NCBI GenBank assembly: GCA_024403355.1
Contig: JAKSRW010000012.1
Span: 16,797 to 80,796 of the forward strand
Length of the DNA: 64,000 nt
Direction of reading: 5' to 3'
Origin: Lachnospiraceae bacterium
Lineage (GTDB): Bacteria > Bacillota > Clostridia > Lachnospirales > Lachnospiraceae
Below are positions 1 to 8,535 of the stretch, piece by piece. Each line of letters begins with the position of its first letter. The stretch's first letter is position 1. The translations under genes and the position numbers were made by a program. The notes under the pieces were generated by a model. That model saw nothing but the letters and a program-made list of their open reading frames with translations. It did not search any database and was not told the origin of the DNA.

Positions 1-21
1 TATCTTGAATCACTAAAGCTT

Positions 22-792
22 ATGCTGGTGGGCGGAGAAACCGCAGAGGGTGTTCACTATCCTTCCAAGACCCGCAATTTTGAATGCATATATAAGCTTT
101 CAGGGTTGAAAACACTGCAGCTTTACAGTGTTTCGGTCCCTAAGATAGATATTTCCCGCTTTGACAAGCTTACCACTCTGTACCTGTATGACAATCCCGA
201 ACTGACAGACCTTACGCTCAATAAAGCTCTTAAGAGCCTGAAGCTTGATGGTCTCGCCAAGCTTCAGCATTTTGATATTCCAGCCTTAAAGTATCTTAAA
301 AAATGCGAAATAAGCGGAGTATCTGCTGAGTATATTAAGTTTGGCAAATGTCCGAGGCTAAAGACTCTTACCTTGTGTGCAGTTACGGCAGACAAGCTGG
401 ATATATCAAAGCTTTCAAATCTTGAAAAAATCTATTTTGATGAGGGTTCAATCAGTAATCCTGATTTCAGCGCAAACAAAAAGCTTCAGCTGTTTTCAGC
501 TAACAGAACCGAAATCAATAAGCTTGATTTGTCGGAAAATTCCGCCCTTAAAGAGGTACTGCTGGACGGAAAAAAGATTAAAAACCTTGTTCTTCCCAAG
601 GATAACATTATTGCCGCCTTCAGGTGGGCAAATGCGGGCTTAAAGCAGATTTCCCTGGCAGATTTGGGACTGAATCCCGAATATCTTGAGGATATTATCC
701 TTTGGAACAATAAGCTGACCTCCCTGGATATAAGGGGCTATTACAAATTAAACGATCCCTGGATTGAGGATAGGGTTGAGATAATAAGATAA
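22..792 (+). CDS. leucine-rich-repeat (LRR) protein; the start is likely truncated or uncertain at the window edge
   Basis: Regular ~22-24-aa L-x-x-L-x-L periodicity (LKTLQLYSV, LTTLYLYDN, LKSLKLDG, LKTLTLCAV…). No clear start context is visible. Confidence 0.55.
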   Translation: MLVGGETAEGVHYPSKTRNFECIYKLSGLKTLQLYSVSVPKIDISRFDKLTTLYLYDNPELTDLTLNKALKSLKLDGLAKLQHFDIPALKYLKKCEISGVSAEYIKFGKCPRLKTLTLCAVTADKLDISKLSNLEKIYFDEGSISNPDFSANKKLQLFSANRTEINKLDLSENSALKEVLLDGKKIKNLVLPKDNIIAAFRWANAGLKQISLADLGLNPEYLEDIILWNNKLTSLDIRGYYKLNDPWIEDRVEIIR

Positions 793-1080
793 CGGAGATT
801 ATATGAATAATTCAAACCTGAACCTTCGGATGCTAAGAAGACCTTTGAAGTGCTTCCCTTTGATGAGATTCCTTATCTGGATGAAGAGACTGCAATTTAC
901 GGCTCCATTACCAGCCTTGAATATGAGAGAAATGACACAGTATATGCCATGATGCTGGAGGACTATGATTACTTCTTTGATGGCGGCTCGCTGACCTAAC
1001 AAACGTTTACAGCGTAATCTCGGTGTGGTAACACCGATGGAAAAATACAAATCTTATTTAGCAGCATAAAAACCGGGAGT

Positions 1081-1180
1081 GTGAAAGTTTGAAAATAAAT
1101 TTTCAAACTGAAAGATTGGTGCAAAAAATCGCACCAATCTACTCCATGAGCAACTCATTACATTCGTTGCATTAGGAGGA
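1081..1180. repeat. Compound-palindrome intergenic repeat (REP/MITE-like), one copy, inverted relative to the 18.5-kb copies
   Basis: Contains the hairpin GTTTGAAAAT-N2-ATTTTCAAAC and the hairpin AGATTGGTGC-N7-GCACCAATCT. It ends with CATTCGTTGCATTAGGAGGA. The same modules recur at 18531-18780, 29141-29170 and partially at ~32637. Confidence 0.6.
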
Positions 1181-1237
1181 AAAGTGATTTCTCATTTTTT
1201 CACACTCCCTATATTTTTGTCAAATTTAAAGCTGAAA

Positions 1238-2404
1238 TTACATAACTGCTACAGTTCTGACACCCTCGATAGCCTTAATAGCTGCAACAGCTGCGTCTGT
1301 AGCCTCCTTAGCATCAACCAAGCAGTAGCCTACATTTCCACGCTTGCCATCCTTTACAGCATTGATTACAAGACCAACACCGTTTACGGCAGTAACCATA
1401 TCAGCTACCTTGTCAGCCTCGTAACGAACTGCGATACGAGTGCCTGTCTTTGCGCCAAGATCAACTCTGGGATAGTTTACTGAATTAACGATATTGCCGT
1501 TCTCTACATAATCCATAAGCTGCTTAACAGCCATAACCGCACAGTTATCCTCAGCCTCTTCTGTAGAAGCACCAAGGTGAGGAGTAGCAATAGCGCCGGG
1601 CATATTTGCTGTCTTAGGATTAGGGAAATCTGTCATGTACTTACGTACCTTACCATCAGCAAGTGCCTTAGCGATAGCATCGTCATCAACCAGCTCGCCA
1701 CGTGCAAGGTTCATGATAACTACGCCATCCTTCATCATAGCAATCTTCTCTGCGTTGATCATCTTCTTTGTATTCTTCTCGGGATCGGGATCCTCGATAA
1801 GAGGTGTGTGAACAGTGATGAAATCTGACTTAACGTAAATCTCATCTCTGGTATTTACAATCTCAACAGCGGGATCAAGTGCAGCCTTTGCAGCCTCTGA
1901 AAGGAAAGGATCAAAGCCTACAACCTTCATGCCAAGACCGATTACAGCATTTGCTAAAGGTCCGCCGATAGCACCCATTCCGATGATACCGAGTGTCTTG
2001 CCCTTAATTTCTGTACCTGCGAACTGGCTCTTGCCTTTTTCAACAAGCTTTGCAATATTCTCGTCTTCCTTTACTGTCTGAACCCAGTTGATACCACCAA
2101 CGATATCACGTGATGCGAGAAGCATAGCTGCGATAGCAAGCTCCTTAACTGCGTTAGCATTTGCACCGGGAGTATTGAAAACTACGATATTCTCATCTGC
2201 ACAACGGTCAAGAGGGATGTTGTTTACGCCTGCGCCGGCACGTGCAATAGCCTTAAGTGATGCGGGGAACTGCATCTCATGCATAGCCGCACTTCTTACA
2301 AGTACCACATCAGCCTCATCAAAATTCTCAACTACTGTATAATTATCTGTAAGATTCGCCATACCAACAGCTGAAATCTTATTTAAGCAATTTACCTTAA
2401 ACAT
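1238..2404 (-). CDS. serA: D-3-phosphoglycerate dehydrogenase
   Basis: 388 aa. Rossmann 2-hydroxyacid dehydrogenase motifs (GxIGxGxIG, catalytic R/H region) and a C-terminal ACT-like domain. Adjacent to serC. Confidence 0.88.
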   Translation of the reverse strand: MFKVNCLNKISAVGMANLTDNYTVVENFDEADVVLVRSAAMHEMQFPASLKAIARAGAGVNNIPLDRCADENIVVFNTPGANANAVKELAIAAMLLASRDIVGGINWVQTVKEDENIAKLVEKGKSQFAGTEIKGKTLGIIGMGAIGGPLANAVIGLGMKVVGFDPFLSEAAKAALDPAVEIVNTRDEIYVKSDFITVHTPLIEDPDPEKNTKKMINAEKIAMMKDGVVIMNLARGELVDDDAIAKALADGKVRKYMTDFPNPKTANMPGAIATPHLGASTEEAEDNCAVMAVKQLMDYVENGNIVNSVNYPRVDLGAKTGTRIAVRYEADKVADMVTAVNGVGLVINAVKDGKRGNVGYCLVDAKEATDAAVAAIKAIEGVRTVAVM

Positions 2405-2435
2405 GTCAGTACTTCCTTTCGTATTATTATATAAA

Positions 2436-3518
2436 TTAAGCGTTCTTTGCTTCGTAATCCTTTAAGAAATCAACAAGTGCCTGAACACCCTCGATAGGCA
2501 TTGAATTGTAGATTGATGCACGAAGACCACCAACGCTTCTGTGACCCTTAAGGTTATCGAAGCCTGCTGCCTTTGTAGCTGCAACAACTGCTGCATCCTT
2601 ATCTGCATCGCCTGTAACGAAGGGAACATTCATAAGTGAACGGTACTCCTTCTCTACTGTTCCCTTGAAAAGCTTGCTGCTGTCAAGGTAATCATAGAGG
2701 ATAGCTGCCTTCTTCTTGTTAAGCTCGTTCATCGCCTCAAGTCCGCCAAGGCTCTTTAAATACTTGAATACCTTACCGCATACATAAATGCCCCAGCAGT
2801 TAGGTGTATTGTACATTGAGCCGTTGCCTGCATGAATATCAAATCTGCAGTAGGTGGGAACTGATGTGGGAAGATCCTCGCGGATAAGGTCCTCACGGAT
2901 GATAACAATTGCGAGACCTGCAGGTCCGATGTTCTTCTGAACACCGCCGTAGATTAAGCCGTAATCAGATACGTTGCAGGGCTTGCTTAAGAACATTGAT
3001 GACTGGTCTGATACAAGAATCTTGCCCTTTGTATTGGGAAGTGTCTGGTATGTTGTACCATGAATTGTCTCGTTCTCACAAATATATACATAATCTGCAT
3101 CATCATCGATGGGAAGATCTGAAAGATCGGGAATATAGCTGTAATTCTTGTCCTCGCTGCTTGCGATTACATTAACCTTACCGAACTTCTTAGCCTCTGA
3201 AGCAGCCTTCTTTGACCATGCACCTGTTACAATATAATCAGCTACACCGTTCTTCATAAGGTTCATGGGAATCATAGCAAACTCAAGTGTTGCACCGCCC
3301 TGAACGAAGAGAACCTTGTAATTGTCGGGAATACCCATTAAATCACGTAAATCAGCCTCAGCCTCATCAATAATCTGCTGGAAAACCTTTGAACGATGTG
3401 ACATCTCCATAACGCTCATTCCGCAGCCACGGTAGTCAACAACTTCCTTTGCGATTTCCTCAAGTACGGGCAGGGGCATCATAGCGGGACCTGCTGAAAA
3501 GTTATAAATTCTAGCCAT
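2436..3518 (-). CDS. serC: phosphoserine aminotransferase
   Basis: 360 aa. The N-terminal MARIYNFSAGPAMMP… stretch is typical of SerC class-V aminotransferases. Lies upstream of serA on the same strand. Confidence 0.88.
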   Translation of the reverse strand: MARIYNFSAGPAMMPLPVLEEIAKEVVDYRGCGMSVMEMSHRSKVFQQIIDEAEADLRDLMGIPDNYKVLFVQGGATLEFAMIPMNLMKNGVADYIVTGAWSKKAASEAKKFGKVNVIASSEDKNYSYIPDLSDLPIDDDADYVYICENETIHGTTYQTLPNTKGKILVSDQSSMFLSKPCNVSDYGLIYGGVQKNIGPAGLAIVIIREDLIREDLPTSVPTYCRFDIHAGNGSMYNTPNCWGIYVCGKVFKYLKSLGGLEAMNELNKKKAAILYDYLDSSKLFKGTVEKEYRSLMNVPFVTGDADKDAAVVAATKAAGFDNLKGHRSVGGLRASIYNSMPIEGVQALVDFLKDYEAKNA

Positions 3519-3640
3519 TTTTAAATCCTCCTTCTTATTTGGGGCAGCTTATTCTTACTCCTTAAGAGAACCTTACTCCTCTTCCGGAGTATCCCTCGGT
3601 GTGAATGCTGCAAAATATATAAAGTCATTATCAGGTCTGC

Positions 3641-3882
3641 ATTTACGAAATAAAAAAGCCCATGCAAACCAAACGGTTCACATGGGACGATAATTCAAAT
3701 CGTGGTGCCACCCAAATTCGTCATGCACTGCATGACCTCATAGCTCGATATAAAGGTCGAACCCTTCGACTCCTCGCCGACAGCTCCGAAAGTGGACGGT
3801 ATCAATTCCCCTACTGCCTCACACCTGCCGGCAGCTCTCTGAAAAGGTACTAATGAAACTTATTTTTCATCATTGCTGAACA
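3641..3882 (-). promoter_or_regulatory. T-box riboswitch leader of the serC-serA operon (probably Ser-specific)
   Basis: The minus strand contains AAUUUGGGUGGCACCACG, matching 15 of 18 positions of the T-box consensus AAUUAGGGUGGUACCGCG. It is followed by the terminator CCCAUG-N16-CAUGGG plus a U6 run. An AGAGAG / AGUA-containing stem I region lies upstream. Confidence 0.62.
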
Positions 3883-3888
3883 GTACAC

Positions 3889-3918
3889 ATTATACGCACG
3901 TTATGTTGAAAAAGTCAA
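3889..3918 (-). promoter_or_regulatory. sigma-A-type promoter driving the T-box leader and serC
   Basis: On the minus strand: TTGACT, an 18-nt spacer, then TATAAT. Confidence 0.5.
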
Positions 3919-4142
3919 TAGGGAAAATAAAAAAATGTTTTTCCCTCACAAACATTTGTCTTTTGGGATTGCGGTCGCTCTTTATCTGCCATTAATCAAC
4001 TCCTCCCTTTTATAAAGCTCACGTCTTACGCCCCCATCATCCTGAAGACCCAGAAGAAAGATAAGCTCAGTATAAAAGTGATTTATTGGCCTCAAATTAA
4101 TTCTCTATTGCATTTACACATATATGGTAGTATAATAATAAA

Positions 4143-4238
4143 CATAAAAGGTGTTGCCGATAGACGGCTAGCCCTTAAACAGATTCAAAACGACTTCCGT
4201 TCTTAAATCTTGTGAGGATCTAACGGCGGTCGTTTTTT
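4143..4238 (+). ncRNA. antisense sRNA (putative type I antitoxin), copy 1
   Basis: Promoter TTGCAT-17 nt-TATAAT at 4108-4136. The transcript ends in an intrinsic terminator (ACGACUUCCGUU…AACGGCGGUCGU followed by U6) that overlaps the 3' end of the convergent small ORF. Its 5' segment CCUUAAACAGA is perfectly complementary to UCUGUUUAAGG, which lies next to an SD-like AAGGAGGG in the toxin mRNA leader. Confidence 0.5.
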
Positions 4239-4384
4239 GTATGTTTATGTGATTTATGTTTTTTATGTGTATCGTCGTCATTTCTGCGAATAAATCCTTC
4301 GATTTTTTCCACAAATCTTCCGACAGATACACCGACTATAAGTACTGATATTATAAGACCTAATATCGATAAATAATCATTCAT
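4220..4384 (-). CDS. 54-aa membrane peptide, type I toxin-like (hydrophobic N-terminal helix plus a highly charged tail), copy 1
   Basis: Reads MNDYLSILGLIISVLIVGVSVGRFVEKIEGFIRRNDDDTHKKHKSHKHTKNDRR. GGGGG lies 8 nt upstream of the ATG. Own promoter TTGAAA-17-TATGAT at 4492-4520 on the minus strand, with a ~100-nt structured leader. Not in the ORF track because it is under 60 aa. Confidence 0.5.
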   Translation of the reverse strand: MNDYLSILGLIISVLIVGVSVGRFVEKIEGFIRRNDDDTHKKHKSHKHTKNDRR

Positions 4385-4846
4385 ATTCACACCCCCCTTC
4401 TAACTCGGAGGGCTCAACAACAATCCCTCCTTAAACAGAGGGCCAGCCGCCTACCGTTATGGCAACACCATATCTCTTTTGAGACAGTATTATCATAACA
4501 TATTTCAGCAAATTTTTCAAGAACATTTGTTCGGCTCATTATTGTTCTATTAGTTCCTCTTCTACGTAATGTGAATTTTTATGAAACCGCTGTCAATAGT
4601 TCGCTACGCGTCTCCAATTATCCCAGCGTTATATCCAGCATCATCATGCCGACGAAGCCCACCATAAAGGCAATTGTTGCGAAATTTGAATGCTGCCCCT
4701 CTGACATTTCGGGGATAAGCTCCTCCACTAAAAATTTTATGTCATAGTGCATCCTTATTGGCAATATCATCTGTAAGTTCTCTGTAGGCCTGTTTGAGTT
4801 GCCGCCTGATATTATTTATGATTCTCCCCATAAAAAGTTCGAAGAT

Positions 4847-6178
4847 TTATATAAACACTACCATATAGTGCGGCAAAGTCTCTTTAACACCAGCTTTCCC
4901 ATTTCTGTTGGCAATAAGTTTATATGCCGACGAAGGGCTAAAATCACTGATAAAGGAATTTAAAGATACCGAAGCAGTATTACCTGCTTTTACCTCTAAC
5001 GGCACAACAGAACCGTCCTTTTCCAGCAAAAATTCCAGTTCATGATTATCGTCCGGCTTATAATAATAGAGCTTATACCCACGTTTAACCAAGGATTCCG
5101 CAATAACATTCTCATATAAGCCACCCCTGGCATTTCCTTTGATAGTGTTATTAAGTATAGCCCTTTTGGTTTCGAATCCATAAAGGCAAGTTAACAAGCC
5201 CGTATCATTGATATACAATTTAAACTGATCCTCTTTCGCATTAGCCATAAGTGGAATAAACGGTTCAGATATATTATAACAGGGATTTACCATACCTGAA
5301 TCTATAAGCCATTGAACACTTCCGCCATACTTTCGACGTGTCTGTCCCTTTTCGACAGTAGAATACTGAAACTTCTTTAATTCCTTTGCCAATTGCTTCG
5401 GAACCGCGTCATAACACATCCGAACATATTGTTTTTCCCTGCCCTTTGCATGTTTGGAAATATCGTCCTGATATTCATTAATGATACTGTTCTGAATATC
5501 AAATACCCTATTAAAATCCTTATATTGCACAAAATCTTTTACTACTTCTGGCATTCCGCCAACCACCATGAATTCCCTGAAAAGCGACTCGTATTTATTA
5601 TGTACAGACTCATGAATCTGCTCATCCGCCCCCAGGTACCTTTTCAGTTCTAAAACAGAATCCTTTGAATAACCATTAGCCCATAAAAACTCTTCAAAAT
5701 CCAACGAGCACATTGTTAGCGTACTCTCATATCCGACCGGAATAGATTCAACTTCATCAACTTCCTTATCTGCGTCCATACCATATGCTAAGCCCAATAA
5801 GGAACCTGATGAAATAACATCAAAACGAAAATCTTCCGCAAGAAACTTTATAGCTGTACGGGCATTCCCGCAACGCTGTATTTCATCAAGAAAAATAAGA
5901 GTGTTCCCCGGAACCAGTCTAATCCCCGGTATATTGGCAGTGATTCTCTTATAAACAGCATCAGAAGTGATTTCGCCATCGAAAATAGCTTTTAATTCCG
6001 GATGTTCATAAAAATTAATCTCTATAAAAGAATCATATTCGTTTTCACCAAATCTTTTTATTATATATGATTTTCCTACCTGCCTTGCACCCTTAACTAT
6101 CAAACATTTACTCAGTTTCTCTTCTTTCCGTTTACGCTTCCACTCTATAAGCTCTGAATATATCTTTCTTTCAAGCAT
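4847..6178 (-). CDS. AAA+ ATPase of the DUF4143 / AAA_14 family
   Basis: Walker A motif GARQVGKS; Walker B motif LIFLDEIQ. The start is moved to MLERK (RBS AGGGGTG) because the first 17 codons of the tracked ORF lie inside a direct-repeat array. Confidence 0.7.
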   Translation of the reverse strand: MLERKIYSELIEWKRKRKEEKLSKCLIVKGARQVGKSYIIKRFGENEYDSFIEINFYEHPELKAIFDGEITSDAVYKRITANIPGIRLVPGNTLIFLDEIQRCGNARTAIKFLAEDFRFDVISSGSLLGLAYGMDADKEVDEVESIPVGYESTLTMCSLDFEEFLWANGYSKDSVLELKRYLGADEQIHESVHNKYESLFREFMVVGGMPEVVKDFVQYKDFNRVFDIQNSIINEYQDDISKHAKGREKQYVRMCYDAVPKQLAKELKKFQYSTVEKGQTRRKYGGSVQWLIDSGMVNPCYNISEPFIPLMANAKEDQFKLYINDTGLLTCLYGFETKRAILNNTIKGNARGGLYENVIAESLVKRGYKLYYYKPDDNHELEFLLEKDGSVVPLEVKAGNTASVSLNSFISDFSPSSAYKLIANRNGKAGVKETLPHYMVVFI

Positions 6179-6191
6179 TCCGACACCCCTA

Positions 6192-6310
6192 TGCATAAAA
6201 TCGTAATATGATTTTACACTAAAATGCACAAAATCGCAACATCAGTTTTTTTGATTTTTACATAAAATCGTAACATCATTTCTCCATTTTTTGCATAAAA
6301 TCGTAACATT
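6192..6310. repeat. Four direct 18-nt repeats (GCATAAAATCGTAACATN) spaced 33-34 bp apart, iteron- or operator-like
   Basis: Copies at 6192, 6226, 6260 and 6293, in the promoter region of the ATPase gene. Confidence 0.6.
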
Positions 6311-7399
6311 CATCTGTCCAAAGGCCTTGAAATTTTCCTGGTTCGAACAGGTAACTAAAATATACTTGCCGTCACTACTGTAATACGCCGGATACTCGCA
6401 GATTTCACCATCAGGACCGCTTCGGTCCACCCAGGCATAAGTCCCATCATGAACCTTTTCCGGCTGCCATATACAGGACCTGTAAAGCATAACATAATCA
6501 CCCCTTGAGCCAGTTGCGCCAAAGATAGTTCCGTCCTCAAGCTTCGAAAAGTTGTATACGTTCTCGTCCGTTGTCCCAAACACGGCGGTAAAATACTCCT
6601 CTACGAATTCCACGAACTCCGCTTCCTCCGACTCCACCATCTGTATCTCCCTGGCCAGATATTTATCAAGGAATTTCCCATCCAGCGCAGTAAACTTCGC
6701 CAGATATTGTGTAATCGGCAGCATCGGATTCCAGTTCTTTCCGCCAATAATATCCGCCATTCCCAGCTTCTGGCTTCGTATCATGTCCTCCAGACTTCCA
6801 TTTACAAAAACAGAATCATCGATTGCAAAGGTTTCACTATACCATTCCGAAGAAAATACCAGCAGCTCCGGATTGGCATCAAAAGCATCGACCTCAATAA
6901 TATCATTCACAATCGCAACAAATTCAGGCCAGCATTCCGGCAGGGCCTCGTATCCCCTGATTATCTTGCTCACATTTTTTCCCGACGAATCATTGCAGCC
7001 AAATCTTATCTTATATGTATAGTTCTCCTTGTCAAAAGATGTCCGGTTCCCCTCCGCGGAAGGATCCTGTTCAATCTTATCTACCAGTTCAACAAGCTTA
7101 TTTAACACATCCTTATCCACTTGCTTGTCACGAATGCTCCGCGCCAGCTCTTTACGACTGATTCCGCCATGGTCACCGGCGTCCCCATTTGCCTGCACCA
7201 GGCTATACGTGTAATAAGGATAATACACATGAACGATTCCACTGCTGTTATTCGCCGCCACCTCAACCTCCAGGGCGTACATCTCATCATATCCATCTTT
7301 ATTCGCAGTCTGCGTCCTGCAGCCGGCAAACACAGTCATTGCAAGAACCATAACAGCTATTATAATTATAAAAGGTTTCTTCTTAATCTTCAGACTCAT
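6242..7399 (-). CDS. lipoprotein of unknown function
   Basis: Signal peptide with lipobox (…VFAGC). The C-terminal codons run into the repeat array, so the true 3' end is uncertain. Confidence 0.55.
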   Translation of the reverse strand: MSLKIKKKPFIIIIAVMVLAMTVFAGCRTQTANKDGYDEMYALEVEVAANNSSGIVHVYYPYYTYSLVQANGDAGDHGGISRKELARSIRDKQVDKDVLNKLVELVDKIEQDPSAEGNRTSFDKENYTYKIRFGCNDSSGKNVSKIIRGYEALPECWPEFVAIVNDIIEVDAFDANPELLVFSSEWYSETFAIDDSVFVNGSLEDMIRSQKLGMADIIGGKNWNPMLPITQYLAKFTALDGKFLDKYLAREIQMVESEEAEFVEFVEEYFTAVFGTTDENVYNFSKLEDGTIFGATGSRGDYVMLYRSCIWQPEKVHDGTYAWVDRSGPDGEICEYPAYYSSDGKYILVTCSNQENFKAFGQMNVTILCKKWRNDVTILCKNQKN

Positions 7400-7584
7400 A
7401 GAAATCCTTTCTTATACTCAATATGCAAGCGCATAATCAACCAATCAAACACTTCTTACAAAAATGTAAGAACTTTGTAAGCAGAATCGATGGAGAATCC
7501 TCCCCGCCCCTGTTATTATTAATACATCAAATGAAAACCACTGATAAAAACAGCGAACAATAAATTCACAAAGAGGTATCCACC

Positions 7585-7791
7585 ATGAAAAATTTCATCA
7601 ACAAAATCTCAGGCAAGAAGGCACTCGTAATCGTAACAGTCCTCGCATGCATCTGCGAAGTACTCGAAATCATCACAGCCATCCGTCTCGGAAACAAAAT
7701 CAATTTCACCGCCATGTGCGTAATCTTCTCAGCCATCACAATATGGGCATGCGCAGTAGAGAAGAAGGAAAAGGAAGCTGGGGAGAGGTGA
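7585..7791 (+). CDS. small membrane protein (68 aa)
   Basis: Two predicted TM helices. RBS AGAGG upstream. Confidence 0.35.
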   Translation: MKNFINKISGKKALVIVTVLACICEVLEIITAIRLGNKINFTAMCVIFSAITIWACAVEKKEKEAGER

Positions 7792-7910
7792 GAGGGCACT
7801 CAGTATAGTAATTCAATGTAGTGCCCATAGGCCCTCCATTTCTCCAAAGTCTATTCGTAGATATTATAATTCATATTGCATTTACACAAATATGGTGTTA
7901 TTATTAATAT

Positions 7911-8006
7911 ATAAAAGGTGCTGCCGATAGACGGCTAGCCCTCGTGTTGATTCAAAACGACTTCCGTTCTTAATCTTGCTAGGGATCTAACGGCGGTCGT
8001 TTTTTG
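7911..8006 (+). ncRNA. antisense sRNA (putative type I antitoxin), copy 2
   Basis: Promoter TTGCAT-17-TATTAT at 7876-7904. Same terminator as copy 1; about 95% identical to it. Confidence 0.5.
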
Positions 8007-8151
8007 TATGTTTATGTGATTTATGTTTTTTATGTGTATCGTCGTCATTTCTGCGAATAAATCCTTCGATTTTTTCCACAAATCTTCCGACAGATACACC
8101 GACTATAAGTACTGATATTATAAGACCTAATATCGATAAATAATCATTCAT
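7987..8151 (-). CDS. 54-aa type I toxin-like membrane peptide, copy 2
   Basis: Identical peptide to copy 1. Promoter TTGATT-17-TATAAT at 8259-8287 on the minus strand. Confidence 0.5.
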   Translation of the reverse strand: MNDYLSILGLIISVLIVGVSVGRFVEKIEGFIRRNDDDTHKKHKSHKHTKNDRR

Positions 8152-8535
8152 ATTCACACCCCCCTTCTAACTCGGAGGGCTCAACAACAATCCCTCCTTA
8201 AACAGAGGGCCAGCCGCCTACCGTTATGGCAACACCTTATCTCTTACGAGACACTATTATTATATCACAAACCGAGCAAATAATCAAGAACACTTGTTCG
8301 GCATTTTATGACCAAATTGTTTACATTGTAAAAAGCATTTCATTCTTTAACTCTGATATCTTGCTCTCACCATTTCTATAATCGATATCAATCCCCGGTT
8401 GTACATTATATACATATACGCCAAAACGAATCCCTGCTCCATTATCTTCGACAGAATATGCCTCAATAAAAACACCACTTGCTACTAAATTACTACTTTC
8501 AAATATCGGAGTTTGGTTCCATAAAGTTCTCCAGT

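Noticed and set aside
1184-1483. 99-aa ORF with a GTG start, placed just after the repeat-borne AGGAGGA motif
   Set aside because: It lies entirely antisense to the well-supported serA CDS and has low-complexity composition. It is probably fortuitous.
3662-3853. 63-aa ORF on the + strand
   Set aside because: It overlaps the minus-strand T-box leader of serC. It has no RBS and no coding periodicity.
4620-4710. 29-aa hydrophobic ORF (MSEGQHSNFATIAFMVGFVGMMMLDITLG) on the minus strand with GGAGGAG upstream
   Set aside because: It is too short and there is no supporting conservation visible in the window. It is noted only as a possible micro-protein.
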